Shown piece by piece: positions 26,469-33,998 of a stretch of DNA of 43,347 bases. A model generated the notes under the pieces. That model searched no databases, had not been told where the DNA came from, and saw only the letters and a program-made list of their open reading frames with translations. Position 1 is the first letter of the stretch; each line of letters begins with the position of its first letter. Both the position numbers and the translations under genes were made by a program. The DNA is from a virus (taxonomy: Duplodnaviria; Caudoviricetes): positions 1 through 43,347 of IMG/VR virus record IMGVR_UViG_3300027545_000002. One strand, given 5' to 3'.

Positions 26469-28124
26469 TTACCTATATTCCCTCTTCGACAATTTTCGCA
26501 GCTTTTCTGTCTGCTGTAAATCATTACCGTACATCTCCTCCCCCTGACGCCTCTTATTAGCAATAGTTAACTCAGGATTAATGGTTCTAGTATTAGTAGT
26601 AAAGCGGCTAGATTCAAGCCTAGCCTCCTTTGGTTTAACTCGTTCGGAGAAGGTAAGAGCAAGGGCATCGAATATATCAGGAGATTTTTGGTGGTCTTTC
26701 TTGATATCCGCTTTTGGCTTAAATTTGAGTCTGCCAGTATCCGTAGGTTCAGGTTCAGGAATACATGCTATATCGCTGGCAAGGTCATCAGAATCCGGTA
26801 TATTACATCCCTTCTCATTAAACCAATCCCTAACCCTGTGGAATACTTCAGCCCGCTTATTGAGGAATTGAGGGTCGTCTGGAGATTCCCCAAAATCAAC
26901 TTCATTAACTACGTCTTGGTATCCCGAATCCCTAAGTTTAGATATCAAGCCATAACCAGCCCCGATATCAATTGCTGCTCTATCCACATCGTATTCGTCA
27001 ATTATCTTGGCTACCCATTCCTTTTGCTGCTGATCTGAAATAGGTTCTTTCTTTGTATCCCTAACCCAAAAATCAACTACTTGTCTACCTTTACGTAGAA
27101 GAAGAACCATCCTATCGTTTTTATGTGCAGGGTCAACACCAAGAATATTCGCCCCATAAGTTTCCTCAATCTCGCATTTTCTAGCTGCTTCCACCTTCAT
27201 ATTGTCAATAAACGATTCCCCAGTAGCTTGGAATGCTTCTGCATAAGTAGCTGGATACTCTTGCTTAAAAAGCTTTTCCCCTAGTTCCTCAAGCTTAAGT
27301 CTACGCCACTGTAACTGCCCATCAGTAAGCGGTGTAAGCACAATTTCGTTAGTATGCTTATCAAAAGTAGTAGCAATAGCAGATAGTTCGTTTTCTTCAT
27401 GTGTACGCACGAAATTAGCTGGAACTGGCTCAGTATATTTATCTGACCAAAACCAAGGACAGAAAATTACTTCATATCCATTAAGTCCGGCATTGGCTTT
27501 TTCACAGAACGCATGAAACCAATTAAGCCCGTTAGCAGTTGATTCCCACCATATTTCTGTTCCCGGTTTATTCGATATAGTTTGGAGCAAGCCAGATTTA
27601 ATTCCTGCGTCGTTAGAGTAGTGAGCAGGCTCTGATAAGTGTCCAAATTTATTAGTGTCGGAGCGCCCGGTGTTATCACTGCCAGCAGTTCCCACGGTAT
27701 AGTTAGATTCATTCTTAAACTTCTTTTGATACTTGTTCGCTGTTGTTTCTTCAGGAACAAGCGCCTGAGCGTAATCCTTGGCGAAACGACAATATCTATC
27801 GACTTTATCAAATAACTTTGCGACTGACTTATCTTCGTGTGAAAGGATATAGACGGAAGTTGCTTCTTCCTGAATTGCCTTTTTAAATCCCCTTCCACAT
27901 ACATATTCACTGCATCCTTGTTGTCTTGCTTTTACTACTATCATCCGTATACGCCCGGTGCGGCGGAGCTGGTCATTAGCTCTAAAGTCTATATAGTCCT
28001 GCACCATATTAAATTCAAACGGAATTATGCCATCATCCGTTTTTATTTTTAAAATCTTTCTAGCAAAATAGCGATAAGAGCTGGTTAATAGTTTCGCTTT
28101 TTGCTGTTCCGTTAGTACGGGCAT
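26469..28124 (-). CDS. terL: Terminase large subunit
   Basis: KARQQGCS (Walker A), HLSE (Walker B), ESTANG, FKQEYP, LGVDPA, NKRAE, SPDIFDAL. Confidence 0.95.
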   Translation of the reverse strand: MPVLTEQQKAKLLTSSYRYFARKILKIKTDDGIIPFEFNMVQDYIDFRANDQLRRTGRIRMIVVKARQQGCSEYVCGRGFKKAIQEEATSVYILSHEDKSVAKLFDKVDRYCRFAKDYAQALVPEETTANKYQKKFKNESNYTVGTAGSDNTGRSDTNKFGHLSEPAHYSNDAGIKSGLLQTISNKPGTEIWWESTANGLNWFHAFCEKANAGLNGYEVIFCPWFWSDKYTEPVPANFVRTHEENELSAIATTFDKHTNEIVLTPLTDGQLQWRRLKLEELGEKLFKQEYPATYAEAFQATGESFIDNMKVEAARKCEIEETYGANILGVDPAHKNDRMVLLLRKGRQVVDFWVRDTKKEPISDQQQKEWVAKIIDEYDVDRAAIDIGAGYGLISKLRDSGYQDVVNEVDFGESPDDPQFLNKRAEVFHRVRDWFNEKGCNIPDSDDLASDIACIPEPEPTDTGRLKFKPKADIKKDHQKSPDIFDALALTFSERVKPKEARLESSRFTTNTRTINPELTIANKRRQGEEMYGNDLQQTEKLRKLSKREYR

Positions 28125-28577
28125 TTATAAATCTCGTGTGTAGTCCTCTTCTACATCGGTGACTTCCGCATCAATAACTATACCTGCTTCTGCCAATTCC
28201 ATGTCAGTAGCATCATTCAAATCTTCGCTACGGAGAAATTCAACTAACGAAACGTTTAAGTTGGTGTTGGCGGTTTTCTGTACTACTGGGCCAACAGTAC
28301 GATCCAAGAGTCTAGTAAGTGCCGACGCTGACCCACGAGCAGCTTCTCTGACTTCTTGGTAGACAGCAGTTTCGATGTTGGTATACCCTTCAGCTTCAAA
28401 TTCAAGTTGATCTGACGTGGGCTTGTTGATATTATTCGTAGAGAATTTCTCAAGGGCTGCATTGTCAAAGACATTTTTAACGTCTTTCTCTGTAATGGGA
28501 CGCTCTCTGACAAGAAAGCCTTTTGGAGTACAAACCGCTCTGTCATTTCCTGTTACCGCTGGGAGGTCTTTGACCAT
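28125..28577 (-). CDS. Putative terminase small subunit
   Basis: Directly upstream of terL; A.RGS..A...LLDRTVG..VQ helical-hairpin pattern. Confidence 0.6.
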   Translation of the reverse strand: MVKDLPAVTGNDRAVCTPKGFLVRERPITEKDVKNVFDNAALEKFSTNNINKPTSDQLEFEAEGYTNIETAVYQEVREAARGSASALTRLLDRTVGPVVQKTANTNLNVSLVEFLRSEDLNDATDMELAEAGIVIDAEVTDVEEDYTRDL

Positions 28578-28813
28578 TTTATAAACGTCGATGCTCCTAA
28601 ACTTCTAGGTTTTAGTTTCATACCCGTTTTATAAGCTTCCTGAGCAGATACTAAATCGTCATAATCCTCTCTTAATATACGCTGCCCATCACAATACTGG
28701 CAATACTCAGTACCCATAAATTCAAAAGTTAAAGGCAATCTAAATTCTGATGTTTTGAAACACGCGCATATTTTTTTAAATATCCTATTGTCTCGTAGTA
28801 ATTCATATACCAT
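28553..28813 (-). CDS. Hypothetical protein (CxC / CxxC)
   Basis: Coupled ORF in the operon. Confidence 0.55.
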   Translation of the reverse strand: MVYELLRDNRIFKKICACFKTSEFRLPLTFEFMGTEYCQYCDGQRILREDYDDLVSAQEAYKTGMKLKPRSLGASTFIKWSKTSQR

Positions 28814-29500
28814 TTACAAATCCGATAAATAGTCGTCCTCGTATGCCCCATCAGAAGTTACCAATTGTTTGCCCGTAAAGCGAACTTTTACTTCTTTAAC
28901 GTTTTTAGTATCATTTTGTAGCTGGTCTTTGTATTTGTCAAGCAATGCTTTGGCAATATTAGTTTGAACCACTTTCTTGCCCTTACGCTTCTGTGTCTGT
29001 TCCTGGGTGGATAGAAACCCTTCCTTGTCAGTTTTATACAGCGCTATAGCAGCCCTAAGGCTCCCTGCGTCATCACATAACGCAGGTTCAATTTCATATT
29101 CATTTTCTTCAATATAATCCACCAGTGCTTGGAAATTCATAAGAGCAGTATTTTCTTTTAGCATTTGGGGATGTGTTGAACGTACTGATTTAATTTCAAA
29201 CGTTTGTAATGCCTGGTAATCTGGATATTTTAGTGGCATCATCATAGGGGCGTAATCCCTGCGAAATAGGCTGAGAGTAGAATCAGCAAGGATATGTTTT
29301 TCCTTGTACGGCTTTTCGTTTTTGTTTTTAGGCTCTATTGGTATGCGAATCGTATACGTTCGCATAAGTTGTTCATGGTTGATGGGCACTTCTATTTCAT
29401 ACGAACAAGCATTCTCCCCTGGGGTTTTAGCATTAAAGTAAACTCCCTGGAAAGTTACAAAATAAATTACGTCCTTAGCTGCTACTTTAGTTACCATCAT
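28814..29500 (-). CDS. Hypothetical protein
   Basis: 228 aa ORF with AAGGGA RBS. Confidence 0.7.
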   Translation of the reverse strand: MMVTKVAAKDVIYFVTFQGVYFNAKTPGENACSYEIEVPINHEQLMRTYTIRIPIEPKNKNEKPYKEKHILADSTLSLFRRDYAPMMMPLKYPDYQALQTFEIKSVRSTHPQMLKENTALMNFQALVDYIEENEYEIEPALCDDAGSLRAAIALYKTDKEGFLSTQEQTQKRKGKKVVQTNIAKALLDKYKDQLQNDTKNVKEVKVRFTGKQLVTSDGAYEDDYLSDL

Positions 29501-29753
29501 TCCCTTTTTTAACTGCCTCTACTTCTTCTAAATTTTCTATATTGTGCGTAGCCAATCTTTCAAAATCAGGATACTCTTTTACAAATTCCTTATAAGTCAC
29601 AGTTTTTTCATTATGCAGTTCTCGCTTTATCCAACCAATAGCATTTTGATTTTTTATTACATCTTCTGGGACATTTAAAGTAACCCTGTACGGTTTGTTA
29701 CCTGGGTTGTAAGTTCCTATATAAGTTACTGCATGGCTAAGCGTTTCCGACAT
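29487..29753 (-). CDS. Hypothetical protein, resembling the N-terminal domain of 28814..29500
   Basis: GAGGT RBS; shared VTxxGxY...YPD(Y/F)xxLxT pattern. Confidence 0.7.
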   Translation of the reverse strand: MSETLSHAVTYIGTYNPGNKPYRVTLNVPEDVIKNQNAIGWIKRELHNEKTVTYKEFVKEYPDFERLATHNIENLEEVEAVKKGNDGN

Positions 29754-30027
29754 TTGGCACCTCTATTTTTTGTGGGGGTAATTGCATTCTTCTAAATTCT
29801 ACCAGGGAGTTAACGAAGTTGTTGAAAGAGTCTTTAGACATAACTATAGCTCCCCGTGCGTGGTTCGTTCCCCCTTCAAAAACCCTTTCACAAAACGCTA
29901 TGCGAATAGAACCGTCAGCCATTGGTAAGGGTGCCCAACCTGAGACTGTTATAGCGGCATCTGATAAGAACTCATCGGGAGGTTGCTGCTGGGTGTTTAT
30001 GATTTTGCCTAGCTGGAGGTTGTTCAT
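29737..30027 (-). CDS. Hypothetical protein
   Basis: AAGGT RBS, ATGA overlap. Confidence 0.65.
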   Translation of the reverse strand: MNNLQLGKIINTQQQPPDEFLSDAAITVSGWAPLPMADGSIRIAFCERVFEGGTNHARGAIVMSKDSFNNFVNSLVEFRRMQLPPQKIEVPNVGNA

Positions 30028-30260
30028 TTAACCTTTTCCAATTTAATCACTCTTGAATAAAGCTCTGTAATACATTTCTGCATACCGGTAACTTTGCGCT
30101 CTAGCTCACCAATACGCCGTTTCAATTGCATTTCATGAACTGCATATAGCTTCGCTTCGTACTGCTTATCGTTCATAGAACCGGGAACACCAGACTTAGT
30201 TAAATCTTGGGCTACGGCTGGTAGTGCCAATAAAACCATTAGTATTAAAGCGTTTTTCAT
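30024..30260 (-). CDS. Small secreted coiled-coil protein, first late gene
   Basis: GAGGT RBS; MKNALILMVLLALPAVA|QD signal peptide, heptad-like C-terminus. Confidence 0.7.
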   Translation of the reverse strand: MKNALILMVLLALPAVAQDLTKSGVPGSMNDKQYEAKLYAVHEMQLKRRIGELERKVTGMQKCITELYSRVIKLEKVK

Positions 30261-30282
30261 TTTTATACCTCTATGTAGTTAG

Positions 30283-30311
30283 ACAATATCACTGGTGTGA
30301 GGTAGTGTCAA
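30283..30311 (-). promoter_or_regulatory. Sigma70-type leftward promoter
   Basis: TTGACA-N17-TATTGT with extended -10 TG. Confidence 0.8.
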
Positions 30312-30339
30312 GTTTAGATTTTCCAACAAGAAATCCAGC

Positions 30340-30533
30340 TTTCCTCCCAATGCGTCCATCAGTGATTACTGGATTTATATGTCTCTCTTTTAATACGGCT
30401 ATAGGTTTGCGAGTAACCTGACGTTATGATGTCCCGTACTGACCACTAAGGAGATACCGGCCAACTGCTGCCCTTAGATTCCACCAACATCTTTATTGAA
30501 GTAATCGCATAAGAAGGCGGCCGGAGGAAATAC
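30340..30533 (-). ncRNA. Candidate ~190 nt structured RNA or leader
   Basis: Own promoter, no ORF, 8-bp closing stem TTTCCTCC/GGAGGAAA and several nested helices. Confidence 0.5.
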
Positions 30534-30540
30534 AAGAAGT

Positions 30541-30569
30541 ACTGTATCACTAGTGTTTCGTAGTGTCAA
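30541..30569 (-). promoter_or_regulatory. Sigma70-type leftward promoter
   Basis: TTGACA-N17-TACAGT with extended -10 TG; spacer resembles the 30283-30311 promoter. Confidence 0.75.
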
Positions 30570-30609
30570 CCTTTAATTTTTTGGCTGTGATGGGGATACA
30601 CATTCTGTA

Positions 30610-30656
30610 GGGGTACGCGCCGCGCCGTGGGTCGCCCGGCACCCTCCCCCGCCCCC
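30610..30656. other. Very GC-rich patch, candidate packaging/terminus signal
   Basis: Almost pure G/C in an AT-rich genome; non-coding, upstream of the terminase operon. Confidence 0.4.
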
Positions 30657-31040
30657 TTGAAGATGGTCTGAGACTTGAATAATAGTCATATGTACGACAA
30701 TACGACTAGCTATTGAGTGACTGATAATAGCTATTATGTTTCATATTGGCTGTATGCCTTACAGGCTGGCAATATACACATGATGTCATGTGTAACTGTG
30801 CTACTAATGGCACTGTTACACATACATATGTAGTAATAATGACAAGCTGTTTAAAGGCTCAGGAAGGCTTATGAAAATAATTAGGTGGGTGATTATACAT
30901 TGAGTTACACTAGTGAGACTGTATTGCAGTAGTGATAGTTTTTAGGTGTTTTAGTGGCATTGGTAAGGAAATAATCAATGTAACACCGCTTTTCCGGCTC
31001 ACAATATAAAAACCTATACAAGCCGGCTATTTTCTTGAAT

Positions 31041-31192
31041 ATACGGGCAATACATACCTGCTGTCTTATGTCTTACAAGTAATCCGTAATAGCCAATAGT
31101 ACATACATACATATTACCTCTTGACTATATACACTATATATACTTATACTATTCCCTATTATAATATAAGTTATAAGACAATATGCCCGTAT
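31041..31192. other. AT-rich stretch flanked by inverted repeats, candidate replication origin
   Basis: ATACGGGCA/TGCCCGTAT and TGTCTTAT/ATAAGACA arms; repeated TGTCTTA. Confidence 0.4.
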
Positions 31193-31296
31193 TGCTTGTG
31201 TAACAAGGGTTTTACTGTCTTACATCTATATCTCATATATACCAAAACCAGTTAAAAATAACCGCTAAAATAACCTATAAATACTGTTTAACACTA

Positions 31297-31325
31297 TTGA
31301 CACTATTAACAAGCCCTGGTATGCT
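31297..31325 (+). promoter_or_regulatory. Sigma70-type early promoter
   Basis: TTGACA-N17-TATGCT with extended -10 TG; followed by inverted repeat GTTAATCA-N4-TGATTAAC (31335-31354). Confidence 0.85.
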
Positions 31326-31374
31326 ATTCATATAGTTAATCAGTGGTGATTAACACGAATGAGAGGTTTAACAA

Positions 31375-31527
31375 GTGAATAACTACGATCTAGCTAGAGA
31401 AATATTAAATGAATGGTGCATTACACCTTCAGAGAAGCACTGGGTAAAAACATCAACGGATATAGAATTAGCAGCGTGGATATGGGGTACTTACAATAAA
31501 ACCGTAAGTGAATTTATAGGAATATAG
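31375..31527 (+). CDS. First early gene, 50 aa (missed by track)
   Basis: GAGGT RBS, GTG start; MNNYDLAREILNEWCITPSEKHWVKTSTDIELAAWIWGTYNKTVSEFIGI. Confidence 0.7.
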   Translation: MNNYDLAREILNEWCITPSEKHWVKTSTDIELAAWIWGTYNKTVSEFIGI

Positions 31528-31540
31528 AACTCACTGCTAG

Positions 31541-31582
31541 TTAATTCCAAAAACAAGGCCGTATACAATTTAAAGAGGTTTA
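31541..31582 (+). repeat. 42-bp direct repeat, copy 1
   Basis: TTAATTCCAAAAACAAGGCCGTATACAATTTAAAGAGGTTTA, identical to 31832-31873. Confidence 0.95.
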
Positions 31583-31586
31583 ACAA

Positions 31587-31835
31587 GTGAATATTTGGGG
31601 CAAAAAACTATTTGTTCATACAATAGGTAATGTGGTATCTCCTGAAACAGGTAAAATTACCCATTGCTTGCTTCACTATTCCACTACTCAAGGGGAAGCT
31701 GATTCACCTGAACGTGAAAAGTCAAGAGTAATAACATTTGAGCAAGCTACTAAGTTAATAATGCTTAAACGAGTCAAAGTAACGGCTCGTTATAGATTGC
31801 CATTTTATAGCGCTTTTGAAATAGACCATATTTAA
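31587..31835 (+). CDS. Early hypothetical protein
   Basis: RBS supplied by repeat copy 1; stop lies in copy 2. Confidence 0.7.
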   Translation: MNIWGKKLFVHTIGNVVSPETGKITHCLLHYSTTQGEADSPEREKSRVITFEQATKLIMLKRVKVTARYRLPFYSAFEIDHI

Positions 31836-31873
31836 TTCCAAAAACAAGGCCGTATACAATTTAAAGAGGTTTA
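31832..31873 (+). repeat. 42-bp direct repeat, copy 2
   Basis: Identical to 31541-31582. Confidence 0.95.
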
Positions 31874-31878
31874 GAACA

Positions 31879-32217
31879 ATGAAATTCAACAAAGAAGCAA
31901 TTGCTTTAAGAGCAATAAACAAAGGAGCAACTGCCGGTAATGGTAACAACTATTTTTACGTGCCTGTTATCTTAGCTAAAATTCACCGCTTAGCAGTTAC
32001 ATATAACCGTATTCAAGAAATGTGGTGCAATGTAGAAATGGATGACAAAACTACAAAATACTGGGAAAATAGGGAACAACAATTAGAATCTAAAATGAAA
32101 TTCTATGCGGCTGATATTAATTGCAAAATGCAATTTGAAGGAGACCCGCGCGGTATGACTGTTAGGTTAATATGCCCGGAATATAGAAACGAAGATGATT
32201 ATATAGGAATTGCATGA
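31879..32217 (+). CDS. Early hypothetical protein
   Basis: RBS from repeat copy 2; WCN...GDPRG motif. Confidence 0.75.
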   Translation: MKFNKEAIALRAINKGATAGNGNNYFYVPVILAKIHRLAVTYNRIQEMWCNVEMDDKTTKYWENREQQLESKMKFYAADINCKMQFEGDPRGMTVRLICPEYRNEDDYIGIA

Positions 32218-32393
32218 CCACAAAACAACTAACCCGCAACAACCAAATAATAGCTGACTACAATGCTGGTGTTGATTTAAGGGCAATGGCTGACTATTAT
32301 AAAATATCAATACCAAGAATATATGCAATTTTACGGCATAGCAAAACAGAAAAAAGGAAGTCACCACATGAAAAACAACAAAACCGTAATTAA
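32214..32393 (+). CDS. Small HTH protein, Mor-like, 59 aa (missed by track)
   Basis: RNNQIIADYNAGVDLRAMADYYKISIPRIYAIL; ATGA overlap, AGGA RBS. Confidence 0.7.
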   Translation: MTTKQLTRNNQIIADYNAGVDLRAMADYYKISIPRIYAILRHSKTEKRKSPHEKQQNRN

Positions 32394-32574
32394 CGATTTA
32401 CATAGGGATCTTGAATTTATAGCCAAGGATTTACCAATGAGCAATGCTATGTGTCAATACCTGCTTTGTCTCACTCACCCACAAGCATTAACACAAGCGT
32501 TTTTAAATAAATACGCCCATGCAGTTTTATTAGAGCAAGTTTTAGAGCTTAATTACTACTACAAAACGCATTAA
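32368..32574 (+). CDS. Early hypothetical protein
   Basis: AAGGAAG RBS before ATG 32368. Confidence 0.6.
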   Translation: MKNNKTVINDLHRDLEFIAKDLPMSNAMCQYLLCLTHPQALTQAFLNKYAHAVLLEQVLELNYYYKTH

Positions 32575-32588
32575 AGGTATAATCCTAT

Positions 32589-32813
32589 ATGAGCAAACTA
32601 AAAAACCTTATTATGGACCCCACAGCCACCTCTATTGAAATGCTATTAGAAGCGCAGAAGTTAGAACAAGAACGGAATGCTTGGGAAAGAGCCTGTGATA
32701 TTGCTTGTAGACATGGGGGATATTATTTAGAGCCAAAAGATCTATACCAAGATGCTATTAAGGAGTTATTTGATGAACAAATTGAAACCTATTCACCTAA
32801 AACTGGAACATAA
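32589..32813 (+). CDS. Early hypothetical protein
   Basis: AAGGT RBS. Confidence 0.6.
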   Translation: MSKLKNLIMDPTATSIEMLLEAQKLEQERNAWERACDIACRHGGYYLEPKDLYQDAIKELFDEQIETYSPKTGT

Positions 32814-32970
32814 GTTAAATACTTTTCTATTGACTATAACTTACAGTACTGGCAATAATTACACAGCTAAGACATTTAGCTTTAAATCTAAGATGCTACT
32901 ATTCCAAGAATACAATGCAATTATCAATAAATTTCCTTATTTAATTAGTGAGACTACAAATGAGCAATAA
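32773..32970 (+). CDS. Early hypothetical protein
   Basis: AAGGAG RBS before ATG 32773. Confidence 0.5.
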   Translation: MNKLKPIHLKLEHKLNTFLLTITYSTGNNYTAKTFSFKSKMLLFQEYNAIINKFPYLISETTNEQ

Positions 32971-33175
32971 CTTAAAATTAATGCAAAAAATAGCATGGCA
33001 AGGACAAACTAATATAGCTAAAAGCTTATTCGCCCCATTACGAAAAGAAGCTAAGTTTGATATTTCCTTGCAAATAGAAAAGCAAGAATTACCACCTAAA
33101 AATTATTGTGAATATGATTTAGACGTTATTTTTAATGGGGATGATAGATTTGCAGATCCTTGGTGGAAAAGATGA
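32960..33175 (+). CDS. Early hypothetical protein
   Basis: Overlapping start/stop packing. Confidence 0.55.
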   Translation: MSNNLKLMQKIAWQGQTNIAKSLFAPLRKEAKFDISLQIEKQELPPKNYCEYDLDVIFNGDDRFADPWWKR

Positions 33176-33294
33176 CTTACGAATTTGACGAAACCAATGT
33201 CTGGCATAACATGCTACAACTCATTGTCATGCTTATAGTTGGCTTTGCCTTCATTCTGCTTCTTGTCTATATCGGACAATTGAGGATGGATTAA
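33172..33294 (+). CDS. Single-TM peptide, 40 aa (missed by track)
   Basis: MTYEFDETNVWHNMLQLIVMLIVGFAFILLLVYIGQLRMD; ATGA coupling. Confidence 0.6.
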   Translation: MTYEFDETNVWHNMLQLIVMLIVGFAFILLLVYIGQLRMD

Positions 33295-33318
33295 TGACAA
33301 TTGCTGGAAAAAATAAGA

Positions 33319-33423
33319 ATGAAAAATATTGAGGATTATTGTTGGTGGGAAATATTGGTTATTACGATTGCCATAGTAATAGTATTTGAACTTGGCAGAG
33401 AGTTATTTATAAAGGTGTTTTAA
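33319..33423 (+). CDS. Single-TM peptide, 34 aa (missed by track)
   Basis: MKNIEDYCWWEILVITIAIVIVFELGRELFIKVF; stop abuts the next ATG. Confidence 0.5.
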   Translation: MKNIEDYCWWEILVITIAIVIVFELGRELFIKVF

Positions 33424-33780
33424 ATGTCTTATCCAGCACTACATGAAATAGTTATAGCAGGTAAAAAATATATAGATTTACCCACATTGGAAAATGCTAT
33501 TAAATCAGTATACCCTTTAAAAACCCATTCTTTGCGTAGACTTGCGCGTTATGGGCGTATTCCCCATAAGCGTATTGGTATGAGCCGCAAAGATTGGTTT
33601 AATTTGGATGAAGTAACTAAGGCACTAAATTTGGTGCTTGAAACTGATGAGACTGAGATTGATGTTGATGCTAATGATGCGAATGTATTAGTACAATCGT
33701 TTGATGAGCATTTGCAAGAGCAAGCTAATAATATGATTGTTAGTTTTGTAGACGATGAAGATTATTTGGGTGATATGTAA
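33424..33780 (+). CDS. Excisionase/MerR-like HTH DNA-binding protein with acidic tail
   Basis: SLRRLARYGRIPHKRIG...WFNLDEV. Confidence 0.7.
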   Translation: MSYPALHEIVIAGKKYIDLPTLENAIKSVYPLKTHSLRRLARYGRIPHKRIGMSRKDWFNLDEVTKALNLVLETDETEIDVDANDANVLVQSFDEHLQEQANNMIVSFVDDEDYLGDM

Positions 33781-33998
33781 TGTACGAAACAGTAGGAAAT
33801 TGCCCTAAATGCGGCGCTCCAATATATGTTCAATCGCCTTATTGGAGTGTATTACCACCACCTAATATATTTTCATGTAATTGTAATCCCAGAAATACTG
33901 TGACTAATTATGGTCATACTGTTGCCGAGATAGAAAATTTCAAAAAACAAATGAACGAAGATCATAAATTTTGGAAAGATGAACCAAGTCAAATATAG
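33780..33998 (+). CDS. Small Cys-rich (CPKCG...CNC) protein
   Basis: TAATG coupling; zinc-binding-like motif. Confidence 0.6.
   Translation: MYETVGNCPKCGAPIYVQSPYWSVLPPPNIFSCNCNPRNTVTNYGHTVAEIENFKKQMNEDHKFWKDEPSQI

Noticed and set aside
5315-29512. Plus-strand ORFs within the late region (e.g. 5315, 9432, 10137, 24290, 26581)
   Set aside because: Antisense shadows of well-supported minus-strand genes with no motifs or RBS.
31121-31150. Additional promoter TTGACT-N18-TATACT
   Set aside because: Suboptimal spacing within a TA-rich tract where such matches arise by chance; not listed as a feature.
31541-31873. 42-bp repeats as a mini-CRISPR array
   Set aside because: Only two copies, separated by a 249-bp interval that is a gene; the repeats contain an RBS; DUF2800 is a routine phage Cas4-like nuclease, not a cas operon.
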